64,000 nt of DNA from an uncultured Desulfovibrionaceae bacterium (GTDB taxonomy: Bacteria > Desulfobacterota > Desulfovibrionia > Desulfovibrionales > Desulfovibrionaceae). Shown in pieces: positions 1-10,386 of the stretch. The notes under the pieces were generated by a model. It did no database searches, was not told the DNA's origin, and worked only from the letters and a program-made list of their open reading frames with translations. The stretch lies in assembly GCA_964368075.1 (NCBI GenBank), contig CAYJAD010000005.1:2755-66754 (forward strand), read 5' to 3'. The number at the start of each line of letters is the position of its first letter. Position 1 is the first letter of the stretch. Made by a program: the position numbers and the translations under genes.

Positions 1-1010
1 TGGACGCCATGGGGGGGGACTTTGGCCCCTCAGTGGTGGTGCCTGGCGCCATAGATGCTGCTAAACGCTATAATTTATCCTTACTCTTAGTGGGAGATAC
101 CGCAAAGATAGAGGCTGAATTAGAGCAGATTAGTACTTCTGGTGTGCGCGTAGAGGTGGTTCACGCCGATGATGTGGTGCATATGAATGAAAAGCCCTCT
201 GATGTGCTTAGACGCAAAAAAAATGCGTCTATTCAAGTGGCTTGTCGTCTTGTGCGCGAGGGGGCAGCCCATGCTGTGGTTAGTGCCGGGCACTCAGGTG
301 CTACGGTGGCTTGCGGCATGTTTATTGTGGGGCGCATTCAAGGTGTGGAGCGACCTGCTTTAACAACGCTTATGCCCACAGAAAAAAATCCCCTTGTCTT
401 GTTAGACGTGGGGGCCAATGTTGATTGTAAGCCCTATCACCTTTTTCAATTTGGGCTTATGGGTAATGCTTTTGCGCGGGATATTATGGAATATTCTGCC
501 CCCAGCATAAGCTTATTGAGCATTGGTGAAGAAGAAGGTAAGGGCAATACGCAAGTGAAAGAAGCCTATGACCTATTAAAGATGGCACAAAACTTAAACT
601 TTGCCGGCAACTGTGAAGGACGCGACCTTTTTACCGGTAATGTGAACGTAGCCATTTGCGATGGTTTTTTGGGTAATGTGGTGCTGAAAACTAGCGAAGG
701 TTTATCTACTTCGCTTATTCGCATTTTAAAAAGAAATTTACTTTCTGGCGTGTTGCCTACCCTTGGGGCTTTGCTTGCCAAGGGGGCTTTCAAAAGATTT
801 AAAGAAACAGTGGACTATGCCGAATACGGCGGTGCACCGCTTTTGGGCTTGCAGGGACTTATTCTTGTTTGTCATGGAAAGTCCAATCCTAAAGCCATTT
901 GTAGCGCAGTGCGCATGGGGGGGATGTTTGTGCGTAAAGGCACCAATAAGCATCTAGCCCAAACTATTATGGCCAATGACGAATTAACACGTTTCAGTCG
1001 CGCTTTATAA
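1..1010 (+). CDS. plsX: Phosphate acyltransferase PlsX (5' end cut by window edge)
   Basis: The window opens inside the conserved N-terminal D-A-MGGD motif. HSGATVA and CHGKS motifs are present. It is followed by fabH-fabG-acpP-fabF, the classic plsX-fab cluster. Confidence 0.93.
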   Translation, partial: DAMGGDFGPSVVVPGAIDAAKRYNLSLLLVGDTAKIEAELEQISTSGVRVEVVHADDVVHMNEKPSDVLRRKKNASIQVACRLVREGAAHAVVSAGHSGATVACGMFIVGRIQGVERPALTTLMPTEKNPLVLLDVGANVDCKPYHLFQFGLMGNAFARDIMEYSAPSISLLSIGEEEGKGNTQVKEAYDLLKMAQNLNFAGNCEGRDLFTGNVNVAICDGFLGNVVLKTSEGLSTSLIRILKRNLLSGVLPTLGALLAKGAFKRFKETVDYAEYGGAPLLGLQGLILVCHGKSNPKAICSAVRMGGMFVRKGTNKHLAQTIMANDELTRFSRAL

Positions 1011-1063
1011 ACCAGCCTCGCCTTTTAGCCTATCTTCATCTTAACCCAAAGAGATTTAATTCC

Positions 1064-2056
1064 ATGAATACAAGTTGCCATATCCACGGTTTGGGAACCA
1101 GCGTTCCGCAGAAAATTGTAAGCAATGATGATTTAAGCCGTACGGTGGATACCAATGATGCATGGATTACTTCCCGCACAGGTATTCAGCAAAGACATAT
1201 GCTGGTTGACGGTGAAAATGCCACAGACCTAGGTCTTGAAGCTTCACAAAAAGCCTTGGCAGAAGCCGGGCTTGAAGTGGCAGATGTCACACATGTGCTA
1301 CTGGCAACGTGTACCCCCGAATTTTTGTGCCCTTCTACAGCCAGCGTTTTAGCCAATAAGTTGGGTTGCGGTTCCGTAATGGCATTGGACTTTAATGCCG
1401 CTTGCTCCGGATTTTTATATGGCCTTTCTTTGTGCGAATCCATTGTAAACACGCATAGCGATGCAGTAATTTTGTTCGTATGTGTAGAAGCTCTGACGCG
1501 CCGCATGAACTGGAACGACCGCTCTACTTGTGTTCTTTTTGGCGATGGCGCCGGCGCACTCATTATGCGAGCTACACCAGAAAATGCTTTGGCTTCGGTG
1601 AGCAATGTGATTTGCCATACTGATGGAAAGCTTTGGGATTTAATCACCATTGGCGGCGGTACACATAATTCTTATGCTTGCGGGCAATCTATTAGCGAAG
1701 AATTTTTCTTGCAAATGCAAGGTAGAGAAGTTTTTAAACATGCGGTACGCAATTTAGTTTCTGTGGCGCATGAAGTGCTTGAGCAAAGCGGTACGAGTAT
1801 TGATGCGCTGGACTTATATATACCACATCAGGCTAATTTGCGTATTATTGAAGCAGTGGGCGCGCGTTTACACCTGCCAGAAGAAAAAATTTTTGCCAAT
1901 GTGCATAAATATGGCAATACCTCTGCGGCCTCGGTACCGCTTGCCTTACAAGATGCTAGAGAACAAGGGCTGATTAAAAAAGGCAGTAAAACTATGGTAG
2001 CTTCGGTGGGGGCTGGCTTCACTTGGGCGGCCGGACTCGTAGATTTTTTGAAATAA
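1064..2056 (+). CDS. fabH: 3-oxoacyl-ACP synthase III (KAS III)
   Basis: Catalytic contexts are AACSGF (Cys), IPHQANLRI (His) and YGNTSAASVPLAL (Asn). Length is 330 aa and it sits in the fab cluster. Confidence 0.95.
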   Translation: MNTSCHIHGLGTSVPQKIVSNDDLSRTVDTNDAWITSRTGIQQRHMLVDGENATDLGLEASQKALAEAGLEVADVTHVLLATCTPEFLCPSTASVLANKLGCGSVMALDFNAACSGFLYGLSLCESIVNTHSDAVILFVCVEALTRRMNWNDRSTCVLFGDGAGALIMRATPENALASVSNVICHTDGKLWDLITIGGGTHNSYACGQSISEEFFLQMQGREVFKHAVRNLVSVAHEVLEQSGTSIDALDLYIPHQANLRIIEAVGARLHLPEEKIFANVHKYGNTSAASVPLALQDAREQGLIKKGSKTMVASVGAGFTWAAGLVDFLK

Positions 2057-2140
2057 TTTTTTTTGCAAGCTCCATTACACCTTGAAATTTAGAGTTTTTT
2101 ACGGTATAGCCATGAAGCTTTACGACTAAAGAGGAACTTT

Positions 2141-2884
2141 ATGCAAGACAAAATAGCAACAGCGCTCGTTACAGGCGGTTCACGAGGCATTGGAAAAGCC
2201 ATAGCTCAGAACTTGGCAAAAGCTGGTTTTCAGGTGTATCTTACCTATGTGAGTAAACCACAAGAAGCCCAGCAAGTGGCTGATGACATTGTAAAAGATG
2301 GCGGATTAGCGCAGGCTTTTTGTTTAAATGTTGGTGATGACGCGGCTGTAAATGCTTTTTTTGCAGAGCACATTAAAGATAAAGTTCAGCTTTCTGTACT
2401 AGTAAATAATGCTGGTATCACCAAGGATGGCTTTCTTGTGCGCATGAAAGAAAATGACTTTGATGCTGTGCTTGATATTAATTTGCGCGGCGCCTTTGTG
2501 TGTCTGCGCGAAGCTGCAAAAATCATGAGCAAGCAACGCCAAGGAAGCATAATAAATATCTCCTCGGTAGTAGGGCAAAATGGCAACGCTGGTCAGGTGA
2601 ACTATGCCGCTGCTAAAGCCGGTTTGCATGGTATGACCATGGCTGCCGCAAAAGAATTGGCTGCGCGTAATATTACCGTGAATACCGTGGCGCCTGGTTT
2701 CATCGAAACTGATATGACGGCTGCTTTGCCCGAAGATATACGTAAAAAATATGAAGAGCATATTCCTTTAAAGCGTATGGGTTCTGTGGAAGAAGTAGCG
2801 CATGCTGTGACCTTTTTAGCTTCAGAAAAGGCTAGCTATATAACAGGACAAATTCTTGCCGTTAATGGCGGCATGTATTGTTAA
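2141..2884 (+). CDS. fabG: 3-oxoacyl-ACP reductase (SDR family)
   Basis: TGGSRGIGKAIA Rossmann motif, NNAG and YAAAKAG (YxxxK). Length is 247 aa, located between fabH and acpP. Confidence 0.94.
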   Translation: MQDKIATALVTGGSRGIGKAIAQNLAKAGFQVYLTYVSKPQEAQQVADDIVKDGGLAQAFCLNVGDDAAVNAFFAEHIKDKVQLSVLVNNAGITKDGFLVRMKENDFDAVLDINLRGAFVCLREAAKIMSKQRQGSIINISSVVGQNGNAGQVNYAAAKAGLHGMTMAAAKELAARNITVNTVAPGFIETDMTAALPEDIRKKYEEHIPLKRMGSVEEVAHAVTFLASEKASYITGQILAVNGGMYC

Positions 2885-2983
2885 TATTTAAGTACGTGCT
2901 GATATAATAGAATTGAAAAGTTTGTTCGTCCCAATTCTTTTATCGGCCTTTCCTAAAATCAAAAATTGCGTATGGAGGCAAAT

Positions 2984-3214
2984 ATGTCTGATGTAGCACA
3001 AAAAGTAACAAACATTATTGTAGAACAACTTGGTGTATCTGCAGAAGAAGTAAAGCCAGGCGCTTCCTTTGTGGAAGATCTTGGTGCTGATTCCTTGGAC
3101 TTGACAGAGCTTATCATGGCCATGGAAGAAGAGTTTGACATCGAAATTGCAGATGACGATGCTCAAAAAATCTTGAAAGTGCAAGACGCCATTTCTTATA
3201 TCGAAAGCAAGTAA
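2984..3214 (+). CDS. acpP: Acyl carrier protein
   Basis: LGADSLD phosphopantetheine attachment motif. The start was moved to the ATG at 2984, which has a GGAGG 6 nt upstream; the ORF-track start at 2966 lacks an RBS. Confidence 0.95.
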   Translation: MSDVAQKVTNIIVEQLGVSAEEVKPGASFVEDLGADSLDLTELIMAMEEEFDIEIADDDAQKILKVQDAISYIESK

Positions 3215-3349
3215 TGCATGATAAAGGGGGCTTTTTTGCCCCCTTTATGTCTTTACGATACATACAATAACTGAATGCACCAAGACGGCAGGCTTTTTTA
3301 AGCTATGCCGTATTGTGTTTTCTAAGCAGCATATTTTTAAGGAGTTGAC

Positions 3350-4597
3350 ATGAGTCGCAGGCGTATTGTGGTCACCGGGCTTTCAGCCTTAACCCCACTT
3401 GGCAATGATGTGCAAAGCACCTGGGAAGCCTTAATTGCAGGTCAATCTGGTATTGCCCCCATTACCCTTTTTGATGCCAGCGAATATGAGTCACGCATTG
3501 CCGGTGAAGTGAAAAATTTTGTGCCGGAAGAGCATATTCCTGCCAAACAAGCAAAGCGCATGGACCGTTTTACGCAATTTGCCGTTGCGGCTGGTAAGGC
3601 TCTTATTCAAGATGCAAAGTTTGTTATCGACGATAACAACGCCGAACGCACTGACGTCATATTAGGCATAGGTCTTGGCGGCTTACATACCATTGAAACC
3701 TTTCACTCCAAATTACTAAGCTCTGGCCCCAATAAAATTTCTCCCTTTATGATCCCCATGCTTATTTCTAATATGGGACCAGGGCAAGTGGCTATTTTTG
3801 AAGGTGCTAAAGGAAACAATGTTACTGTTACCACCGCTTGTGCTTCTGCTTTGCATGCCATAGGAACAGCCTTTAGTGAAATGCTTTTAGGGCGTTCAGA
3901 TGCTGTTATTACCGGTGGTGTTGAAGCAACGGTCACACCTTTAGGGGTTTCTGGATTTACCGCATTAAAGGCATTATCTACACAAAACAACGATAATCCC
4001 ACCAAGGCTTCACGTCCGTTTGAAAAAAACAGAGAAGGCTTTGTTATTGGCGAAGGGGCTGGATTTTTATTGCTAGAAGATATGGACGCTGCCATAGCGC
4101 GTGGTGCCACCATCTATGCAGAACTTTTAGGGTACGGTACTTCTTGCGATGCCTACCACATGACAGCGCCTCATGAATCAGGCGAGGGCATGGCAAGAGC
4201 TATGAAAAAAGCCTTGGCAGATGCCAATGTGGCTCCAGAAGAGATTGAGCATATTAATGCTCATGGTACTTCTACCTACTTAAATGACTCTTGTGAAACC
4301 AAGGCCATTAAATTGGTTTTTGGAGACCATGCCAAAAATATTCGTATTTCTGCCACTAAGTCCATGACAGGTCATTTGCTTGGTGCTGCAGGTGGTATCG
4401 AAAGTGTTTTCACTGTGCTTGCTTTGCACAAGGGTGTTATTCCTGGAACCATTAATCAAGACACCCCTGATCCAGAGTGTGACTTAAATTATATGGGACA
4501 AGGCTCAGAAGAAGTGCAATGCACTTACGCCATGTGCAACTCTTTTGGCTTTGGTGGAACCAATGCTAGTCTTATCTTTAAACGCTGGGAAAAATAG
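3350..4597 (+). CDS. fabF: 3-oxoacyl-ACP synthase II (KAS II)
   Basis: Active-site Cys context [12 protein letters not shown], plus HGTST and NSFGFGGTN motifs. Length is 415 aa. Confidence 0.95.
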   Translation: MSRRRIVVTGLSALTPLGNDVQSTWEALIAGQSGIAPITLFDASEYESRIAGEVKNFVPEEHIPAKQAKRMDRFTQFAVAAGKALIQDAKFVIDDNNAERTDVILGIGLGGLHTIETFHSKLLSSGPNKISPFMIPMLISNMGPGQVAIFEGAKGNNVTVTTACASALHAIGTAFSEMLLGRSDAVITGGVEATVTPLGVSGFTALKALSTQNNDNPTKASRPFEKNREGFVIGEGAGFLLLEDMDAAIARGATIYAELLGYGTSCDAYHMTAPHESGEGMARAMKKALADANVAPEEIEHINAHGTSTYLNDSCETKAIKLVFGDHAKNIRISATKSMTGHLLGAAGGIESVFTVLALHKGVIPGTINQDTPDPECDLNYMGQGSEEVQCTYAMCNSFGFGGTNASLIFKRWEK

Positions 4598-4605
4598 GTA
4601 AAATT

Positions 4606-5850
4606 ATGTTTGAACTCCTCCTTCAAGATAGAGAAGTGGCTAAAGCCATTGGTCTTGAATCTGATCGCCAAATGAGCAAACTAGAGCTTATTGCTTCAGA
4701 AAACTTCGTTTCTCCTTCTGTGCGTGAAGCGCAAGGTTCGGTGCTCACTCATAAATATGCCGAAGGGTATCCAGGCAAGCGCTATTATGGTGGTTGCGAA
4801 TATGTAGATATAGTCGAAACTCTTGCCATTGACAGAGCAAAAGCTATTTTTGGTTGCGAATATGTGAATGTGCAACCTCATTCCGGTTCTCAAGCCAATA
4901 TGGCTGCATACTTTGCTTGCATCCAGCCCGGTGCTACTATTTTGGGTATGGATCTTTCGCATGGGGGACACTTAACCCATGGCAGCCCTGTAAACTTTTC
5001 TGGACGTTTATTTAAAGTTGTTTCTTATGGCGTGCAAAAAGAAACAGGGCGCATCGATTATGATCAAGTGGAAAAATTAGCCAAAGAGCATAAGCCTGCG
5101 CTTATTGTGGCCGGTGGCTCTGCTTACGCCCGTGTGCTAGACTTTGCACGTTTTCGTGCTATTGCTGATGAAGTGGGCGCTAAGCTCTTGGTTGATATGG
5201 CGCACATTGCCGGTCTTGTGGCTGCTAAGGTGCATCCTAGCCCCATTGGACATGCGCATATTACCACTACCACGACGCATAAAACCTTGCGTGGACCACG
5301 TGGCGGTATGATTTTGTCTGGCGAAGACATGGGTAAAACTTTGAATAGTCAGATTTTCCCCGGTATTCAGGGCGGACCGCTTATGCACGTGATTGCTGCC
5401 AAAGCCGTGGCTTTTGGCGAAGCTTTAACTCCATCTTTTGTACGCTATCAAGAGCAAGTGCTTAAAAATGCTACAGTGCTTGCCGCTGAGCTTATGCAAG
5501 CAGGCTATGACTTAGTGTCAGGCGGTACAGATAACCATCTTATTCTTATGGATTTAACCAATAAGAATATAACAGGTAAAGATGCAGAGCATGCCTTAGA
5601 TGCTGCTGGCATTACCGCTAACAAAAATACTGTTCCTTTTGAAACACGTTCTCCCTTTGTAACGTCTGGTGTGCGTTTGGGCACTGCTGCACTTACAACC
5701 CGTGGTATGAAGGAAGATGATATGCGTAAAGTGGCCGGCTGGATTGTTGATGCATTGAAAAATACAGAAAATGAGAAAAAGCTTGTGGAAATCAAGGACG
5801 AAGTTGATGGCTTTGCACGTCAATTCCCTTTATATGCTACATGTTATTAA
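4606..5850 (+). CDS. glyA: Serine hydroxymethyltransferase
   Basis: ELIASENF and [14 protein letters not shown] (PLP-lysine) motifs. Length is 414 aa. Confidence 0.96.
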   Translation: MFELLLQDREVAKAIGLESDRQMSKLELIASENFVSPSVREAQGSVLTHKYAEGYPGKRYYGGCEYVDIVETLAIDRAKAIFGCEYVNVQPHSGSQANMAAYFACIQPGATILGMDLSHGGHLTHGSPVNFSGRLFKVVSYGVQKETGRIDYDQVEKLAKEHKPALIVAGGSAYARVLDFARFRAIADEVGAKLLVDMAHIAGLVAAKVHPSPIGHAHITTTTTHKTLRGPRGGMILSGEDMGKTLNSQIFPGIQGGPLMHVIAAKAVAFGEALTPSFVRYQEQVLKNATVLAAELMQAGYDLVSGGTDNHLILMDLTNKNITGKDAEHALDAAGITANKNTVPFETRSPFVTSGVRLGTAALTTRGMKEDDMRKVAGWIVDALKNTENEKKLVEIKDEVDGFARQFPLYATCY

Positions 5851-5865
5851 AATAATGCTATAAAA

Positions 5866-5943
5866 AAATAGGTGGAGTTTTGCTTCACCTATTTTTGCAT
5901 GAAGACTTCTGCACATGTATTGCACAGAAGTCTTCATTTTTTT
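5866..5943 (+). terminator. Two tandem hairpins after glyA; the second (5899-5937) is followed by a T-run
   Basis: First hairpin is ataggtg/cacctat (5868-5892). Second is atgaagacttctg/cagaagtcttcat, followed by ttttttt. Confidence 0.7.
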
Positions 5944-5974
5944 ATCACATTCAATTTATCAAAACTGTAATTTT

Positions 5975-6643
5975 TTATTTCTTCAAAATCTTCCCTGCTG
6001 TCCCTTTATTTTCATAGGCACACCAGCCTCCATTCCAAAATCTTTCAAAGCTTAACTTTACGCTAACCTTATCCCCTTTTTTGGGCATGGCACCAAACAG
6101 GCTTTCCGCTGAGCCAGCCATAGAGAAAGGTTTTCCATTAACGGTCAAATTTACATAGGTTTGATCTTCTTGCACCACGCCATCAAAAATGCCTTCTATG
6201 TTGTATGTACTAAAAACTTTCTTCGTGCATTTGCTATCAAAAGCAGTGAGTGCCGTGTTTTGAGCTACGCTTTCCACCGTAATAATTTTGTGGTTGCGTT
6301 TGCAAGAATCTTCGTTAGCATCAAAGCTTTGTTCTAATACATAGTGAATCTTTGCCACCTTTCCCTTATTGGAAAGTAAGCTTTTTTGTACACTTTGGTC
6401 GGTGGGGGAAATTGCTGTGAACATATAGGTAGCATTGCCTGTATGGGTGCTGATATATTCTTCATTAAAATCATAACTATCAAGAAGTTTGCCAATATAA
6501 AAATCTTTTTCCAGCTGTGCGGTGGGGCATTGCTCCTTGGTAAAGGCTTTAGCTTGACTTACGCAAAGTGCAGTAACAGTGAATAGTGAAAAAAATAATA
6601 AATAAATGCTTTGGACGCTTTTTTTCAAAGAATTTCTACGCAT
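5975..6643 (-). CDS. Secreted hypothetical protein
   Basis: An AGGAG lies 6 nt upstream of the ATG. The N-terminal signal peptide is MRRNSLKKSVQSIYLLFFSLFTVTALCVSQAKA. No family was recognised. Confidence 0.6.
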   Translation of the reverse strand: MRRNSLKKSVQSIYLLFFSLFTVTALCVSQAKAFTKEQCPTAQLEKDFYIGKLLDSYDFNEEYISTHTGNATYMFTAISPTDQSVQKSLLSNKGKVAKIHYVLEQSFDANEDSCKRNHKIITVESVAQNTALTAFDSKCTKKVFSTYNIEGIFDGVVQEDQTYVNLTVNGKPFSMAGSAESLFGAMPKKGDKVSVKLSFERFWNGGWCAYENKGTAGKILKK

Positions 6644-6806
6644 AATTACTCCTTTTTTGTAAAAAAATATATGTATGACCTCAGAAAGTCAAGGCCATAC
6701 CTCCCTTTTTTAGTGAAACGTTTCAGTCTTACGCAATGCCACAAATAGCGCATGCTGTGTGCATATAGGGCAAGGTCCTTATTGTAATACTTCATGGAGG
6801 CATTGT

Positions 6807-7418
6807 ATGTCAGATTCATTTATGGCGGCACATGGCTTTACACAGCATTGGGAGGAAATATTCTCCTGCCAAGCTTCTTTTCATACCCATAATATTTCGA
6901 GGCAATGGCTACAAGATTTACTCTTGCCCTGTGCTCAAGCGCAAGAGAGCCATAGTCAGCTGTATAGGGATGTTGCTTCAACGCGCACTATTACAGAATT
7001 TTCTGCTGAAACTCTAACTCATTGTATGCGAAAAAACTTTTGGAACCCTCTACGCTGTGCAGATTTGCCTCTTGCCTTGGCCTGCACTCTTTATGACAGC
7101 GCTGTGCACATGGGCGTGTCTCATGCTGTTAAAATGGTGCAAAAATGCTGTAATATAGTGGGAGAAGCGCATTTGGATACGTATCATGCAGTGGTTGAAG
7201 ACGGTGTTGTGGGTAAAAAAACCATAGCACTAGCAAAAAACTTGGCAGAGCATGGGCTCGATTTTTATACAGCGCGTATGGCTGTGCGCCAACGCATATA
7301 TCGTTATGGAAAATGGGTGCAGAAGAATCCTCCTCTGGCAGAACATATGCCCCTATGGAAGGCTCGTTGTCAGGCCTTGTTAGAACATTTAGCCTTGTTA
7401 GAACGTGAAGCAAATTAA
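6807..7418 (+). CDS. GH108 / PG_binding_3-like protein (phage endolysin-like, possibly degenerate)
   Basis: The stretch NFWNPLRCADLPLALACTLYDSAVHMGVSHAVKMVQ...EDGVVGKKTIALAKN matches the GH108 core pattern (YW..v....Lp..la..vFD.aVN.G...A...LQ....DG..G..T). The C-terminus resembles PG_binding_3. GGAGG lies 6 nt before the ATG at 6807. Confidence 0.5.
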   Translation: MSDSFMAAHGFTQHWEEIFSCQASFHTHNISRQWLQDLLLPCAQAQESHSQLYRDVASTRTITEFSAETLTHCMRKNFWNPLRCADLPLALACTLYDSAVHMGVSHAVKMVQKCCNIVGEAHLDTYHAVVEDGVVGKKTIALAKNLAEHGLDFYTARMAVRQRIYRYGKWVQKNPPLAEHMPLWKARCQALLEHLALLEREAN

Positions 7419-7428
7419 AGGGAGTGGC

Positions 7429-7767
7429 ATGCAAAAAACGCAAAAGTTTGGAAAAATTGCCCTGCAAAAAGCTCTTAAAGAAAGATTAGCTTTGCTAACA
7501 CAAGGCTTATCCGAAGCCGAAAGGGGGAGCAAGGGTATTGAATTGGTAAAGGAAATAAAAGAATTACACGGCATGCTTGAAAACTTGTGTGAGCAAAAAA
7601 GCAGTACAAACTCTAAGAAAGAAAATACGCAATGCCACATATTTACTTGGGGGCCGGTGCAAGCATGGTGTCCTGAACAAACAACAGCTCAAGATGCAAA
7701 GCAAAGCTCAGAGATGCAGCCATTACCTCAGGCTTCATTGCTAGGGAAGAACCATGACAAAAAGTGA
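7429..7767 (+). CDS. Small coiled-coil protein upstream of terL (possible small terminase subunit)
   Basis: GGGAG RBS before the ATG at 7429. It overlaps the terL start by 14 nt. The call rests on position only. Confidence 0.3.
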   Translation: MQKTQKFGKIALQKALKERLALLTQGLSEAERGSKGIELVKEIKELHGMLENLCEQKSSTNSKKENTQCHIFTWGPVQAWCPEQTTAQDAKQSSEMQPLPQASLLGKNHDKK

Positions 7768-9061
7768 ATCCGCATCTGTAGAGCATGTTTTACCTTATGC
7801 GCCGCGTCCTTTACAATGGCAATTTCACGAACAACGTACGCGCTTTTGCGTGCTTCTTTGCCACAGACGCTTTGGAAAAACGGTGGCTGCTATCAATGAT
7901 TTATTACGTCAAGCCTTACGGCAAGGTAGTGGTACAGGCAAAAGTGATTGGCGCGCGGCCTATATGGCCCCTTTTTCCACACAGGCTAAAACCATTGCTT
8001 GGGATTATTTGAAGTTTTTTACTCAAAATATTCCTAATACGCGGTTTTTTGAAACGGAACTGCGCTGTGTTCTTTCAACAGGGGCTAGTATTCGTCTTTT
8101 TGGTGTAGACAATGCAAATGCTTTGCGAGGTATGTATTTGGACGATGTGGTGCTGGATGAGCCTGCAGATATGCCGCGGGAAGTATGGACACGCATTATA
8201 CGCCCCATGTTGGCAGATAGGCAGGGAAGGGCACTTTTTTGTGGCACTCCCAACGGTGTGGATAATTTATTTTACGATGTGTGGGAAGAAGCTGGGCGAC
8301 AGCTTGAGGGCAATATATGGTCTCGTTTTGCTTTTAAAGCATCACAAACGGGCTATATTGCTCCATCAGAATTAACAGCAGCGCGTCTTTCCATGAGCAA
8401 GGAAGATTATGATCAAGAATTTGAATGTTCCTTTGCCGCCGCTGTACGCGGTGCTTACTATGCAGAAATGGTGGAGCAATTGGAGCATTCAGGGCGCATA
8501 ACTCATGTGCCCTATGCGCCGGAACTGCCCGTTCATACGGCTTGGGATTTGGGTATGGACGATGCGACAGGTATTTGGTTTTTTCAGGTCGAAAGTGGTG
8601 GTCAGTGGCGTATTCTAGAATATATGGAAGACAGCGGTCAAGGTTTGCAACATTATATTCAACTGTTACAAGATAAACCTTATGTATATGGGCGGCATAT
8701 AGCCCCCCATGATATTAAGGTACGCGAACTAGGCACAGGCCTAAGTCGCTGGGAAATGGCTGCAAAATTAGGTGTTTCTTTTACAGTGTGCCCTTTTCTT
8801 TCCTTGGCTGATGGTATTAATGCTGTACGTAGCGGGCTTGCCCGTATGTATTTTGATAAAGAAGCGTGTGCTCAAGGTTTACGGGCTTTGCGTCAATATA
8901 GGCGACAATGGCGGCCTCGCCAAGAGGTATACTCTTCGGCGCCTTTGCATGATTGGACAAGCCATGCTTGTGATGCTTTGCGTTATGCCGTGTTGGGATT
9001 TCGGCCTGAGCAAAGTATTGTCAGTTCCAAGGCAAAAATTCAATACAATATTTGGAGATAG
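7754..9061 (+). CDS. terL: Phage terminase large subunit
   Basis: Walker A-like HRRFGKTVA, Walker B DDVVLDEPAD, and the nuclease-domain acidic motifs HTAWDLGMDDATG and HDWTSHACDALRY. Length is 435 aa. Confidence 0.85.
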   Translation: MTKSESASVEHVLPYAPRPLQWQFHEQRTRFCVLLCHRRFGKTVAAINDLLRQALRQGSGTGKSDWRAAYMAPFSTQAKTIAWDYLKFFTQNIPNTRFFETELRCVLSTGASIRLFGVDNANALRGMYLDDVVLDEPADMPREVWTRIIRPMLADRQGRALFCGTPNGVDNLFYDVWEEAGRQLEGNIWSRFAFKASQTGYIAPSELTAARLSMSKEDYDQEFECSFAAAVRGAYYAEMVEQLEHSGRITHVPYAPELPVHTAWDLGMDDATGIWFFQVESGGQWRILEYMEDSGQGLQHYIQLLQDKPYVYGRHIAPHDIKVRELGTGLSRWEMAAKLGVSFTVCPFLSLADGINAVRSGLARMYFDKEACAQGLRALRQYRRQWRPRQEVYSSAPLHDWTSHACDALRYAVLGFRPEQSIVSSKAKIQYNIWR

Positions 9062-9063
9062 TC

Positions 9064-9654
9064 ATGTCCTATCAGTATTTTGTAGTAACAGAAAATATGT
9101 TCACCACATACGGAATGCCTTTACGCACAGCACTTTTTCAACGCATGCAAGAGGAAAATTTGCTTCATGTGACTATGTATGCCTACGAAACTCCCTCCTT
9201 GGAGCATTGGCTTGAAATAACACAAGCGCAAAGAGGCTGGCTTTTATGTTGCGCCAAAGGGGAAATATACGGCGCTAAAGGCTATCATCTGGACAATATT
9301 CAGGCCATGGCCTTTATAGCGCCTCTGGCATGGGGGCAAGGTAATAAGGGTCATAGAGTGTGGACTTTTGATTTTACTGTGTTTAGAGCGCATTTTAAGG
9401 AAGCTGTTACCATGAGCCAAGGGGCGCTGGCATGGATATTTTCTCACGTTCCTTGCGACTCATTACTGGGATTGTGCGCACAAAGCAATAGGCATGCGTG
9501 GCGTTTGAGTGAATCCGCAGGTTTTCAGGTTTTGGGCAATGTTCCGGGTGCGTGCTTTATAGGAAAAAAGCGAGGCTATGAAGCCGCCATGCTTGTTATG
9601 GCAACGAGACAGGGAGTTCAAGAAGCATTGCCTGCCTCTATAGCATCTGTATAA
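9064..9654 (+). CDS. GNAT-like acetyltransferase-fold protein (tentative)
   Basis: WGQGNKG resembles GNAT motif A. NRHAWRLSESAGFQVLG resembles motif B (N..a..l.e..GF). The start is taken at the ATG at 9064, 2 nt after the terL stop. Confidence 0.4.
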   Translation: MSYQYFVVTENMFTTYGMPLRTALFQRMQEENLLHVTMYAYETPSLEHWLEITQAQRGWLLCCAKGEIYGAKGYHLDNIQAMAFIAPLAWGQGNKGHRVWTFDFTVFRAHFKEAVTMSQGALAWIFSHVPCDSLLGLCAQSNRHAWRLSESAGFQVLGNVPGACFIGKKRGYEAAMLVMATRQGVQEALPASIASV

Positions 9655-9726
9655 AAAGCTCTCTTGTTGCTGACACAGGGCTAACTCTTTGTGCCTCAGT
9701 GAACAGACGGAATGCTGATTTGTCTG

Positions 9727-10386
9727 CTAGCTAAATTCGCGACCAAGCCATATGGAGCGACCAATGATACGTATCAATGTACTCATTTGTTCCGTGTTTT
9801 CCACCTCAATGGGGCTGTAGTCTGGATTAAGGCTAGAAAGAATAATTTTTCCCGGTAGGGCATCCACCCTTTTTAAATAGACCATGTCTTCAACGCCCAC
9901 AGCATAAATATGTCCGGGTTTGGGATTGGTTTGGCTTTGGTCAATGAGTACCACATCATTGTGCGCAATGAGCGGCAGCATGCTGTCACCTGTTACGCGC
10001 AACAAGACCATGGTAGACGGATTGCCCTTGCGGCGTAAAAAATCGTAGCGGAAAGCATAATGACGTATATGTTCTACACCGGTTTCAAAACTACCGCCTC
10101 CGGCAGAAAGGCGCGCTTCTACCATGGGCACCAGCAACAAATGATCCTCTGCATTTTCCGCATGTATACGCGGCTGCGCTTCGCCTGCCAGAAGCCAATC
10201 CAAGGAACATTGCAACACTTGCCCAAGGCGTACGGCAAATTCCCCCTTGGGCATTTGACCGTTTTCGTACTGTTGAATGGTAGTAAGGCTTACTCCAATC
10301 TTGGTAGCTAGCTCTTGTTTACGCATATGCAGAGTTTCACGCCGTTGGCGCAAACGTTGACCAAAGCCTCTTTCTTGTTCTGTCAT
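9727..10386 (-). CDS. Phage cI-type repressor (XRE HTH plus S24 LexA-like autopeptidase)
   Basis: N-terminal HTH is LRQRRETLHMRKQELATKIGVSLTTIQQYENG. The C-terminal S24 domain has GDSM (Ser) and YLKRV (Lys). A candidate cleavage site is LSA-GGG. Confidence 0.85.
   Translation of the reverse strand: MTEQERGFGQRLRQRRETLHMRKQELATKIGVSLTTIQQYENGQMPKGEFAVRLGQVLQCSLDWLLAGEAQPRIHAENAEDHLLLVPMVEARLSAGGGSFETGVEHIRHYAFRYDFLRRKGNPSTMVLLRVTGDSMLPLIAHNDVVLIDQSQTNPKPGHIYAVGVEDMVYLKRVDALPGKIILSSLNPDYSPIEVENTEQMSTLIRIIGRSIWLGREFS

Noticed and set aside
11-18. G8 homopolymer inside plsX as a possible phase-variation tract.
   Set aside because: It encodes the conserved Gly-Gly of the MGGD motif in an essential gene, so it is most simply a codon-choice coincidence.
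9727-10386. Calling the S24 protein the chromosomal SOS repressor LexA.
   Set aside because: The N-terminus is an XRE-type HTH rather than the LexA winged-helix domain, and the gene sits among phage genes. It is a cI-like phage repressor.
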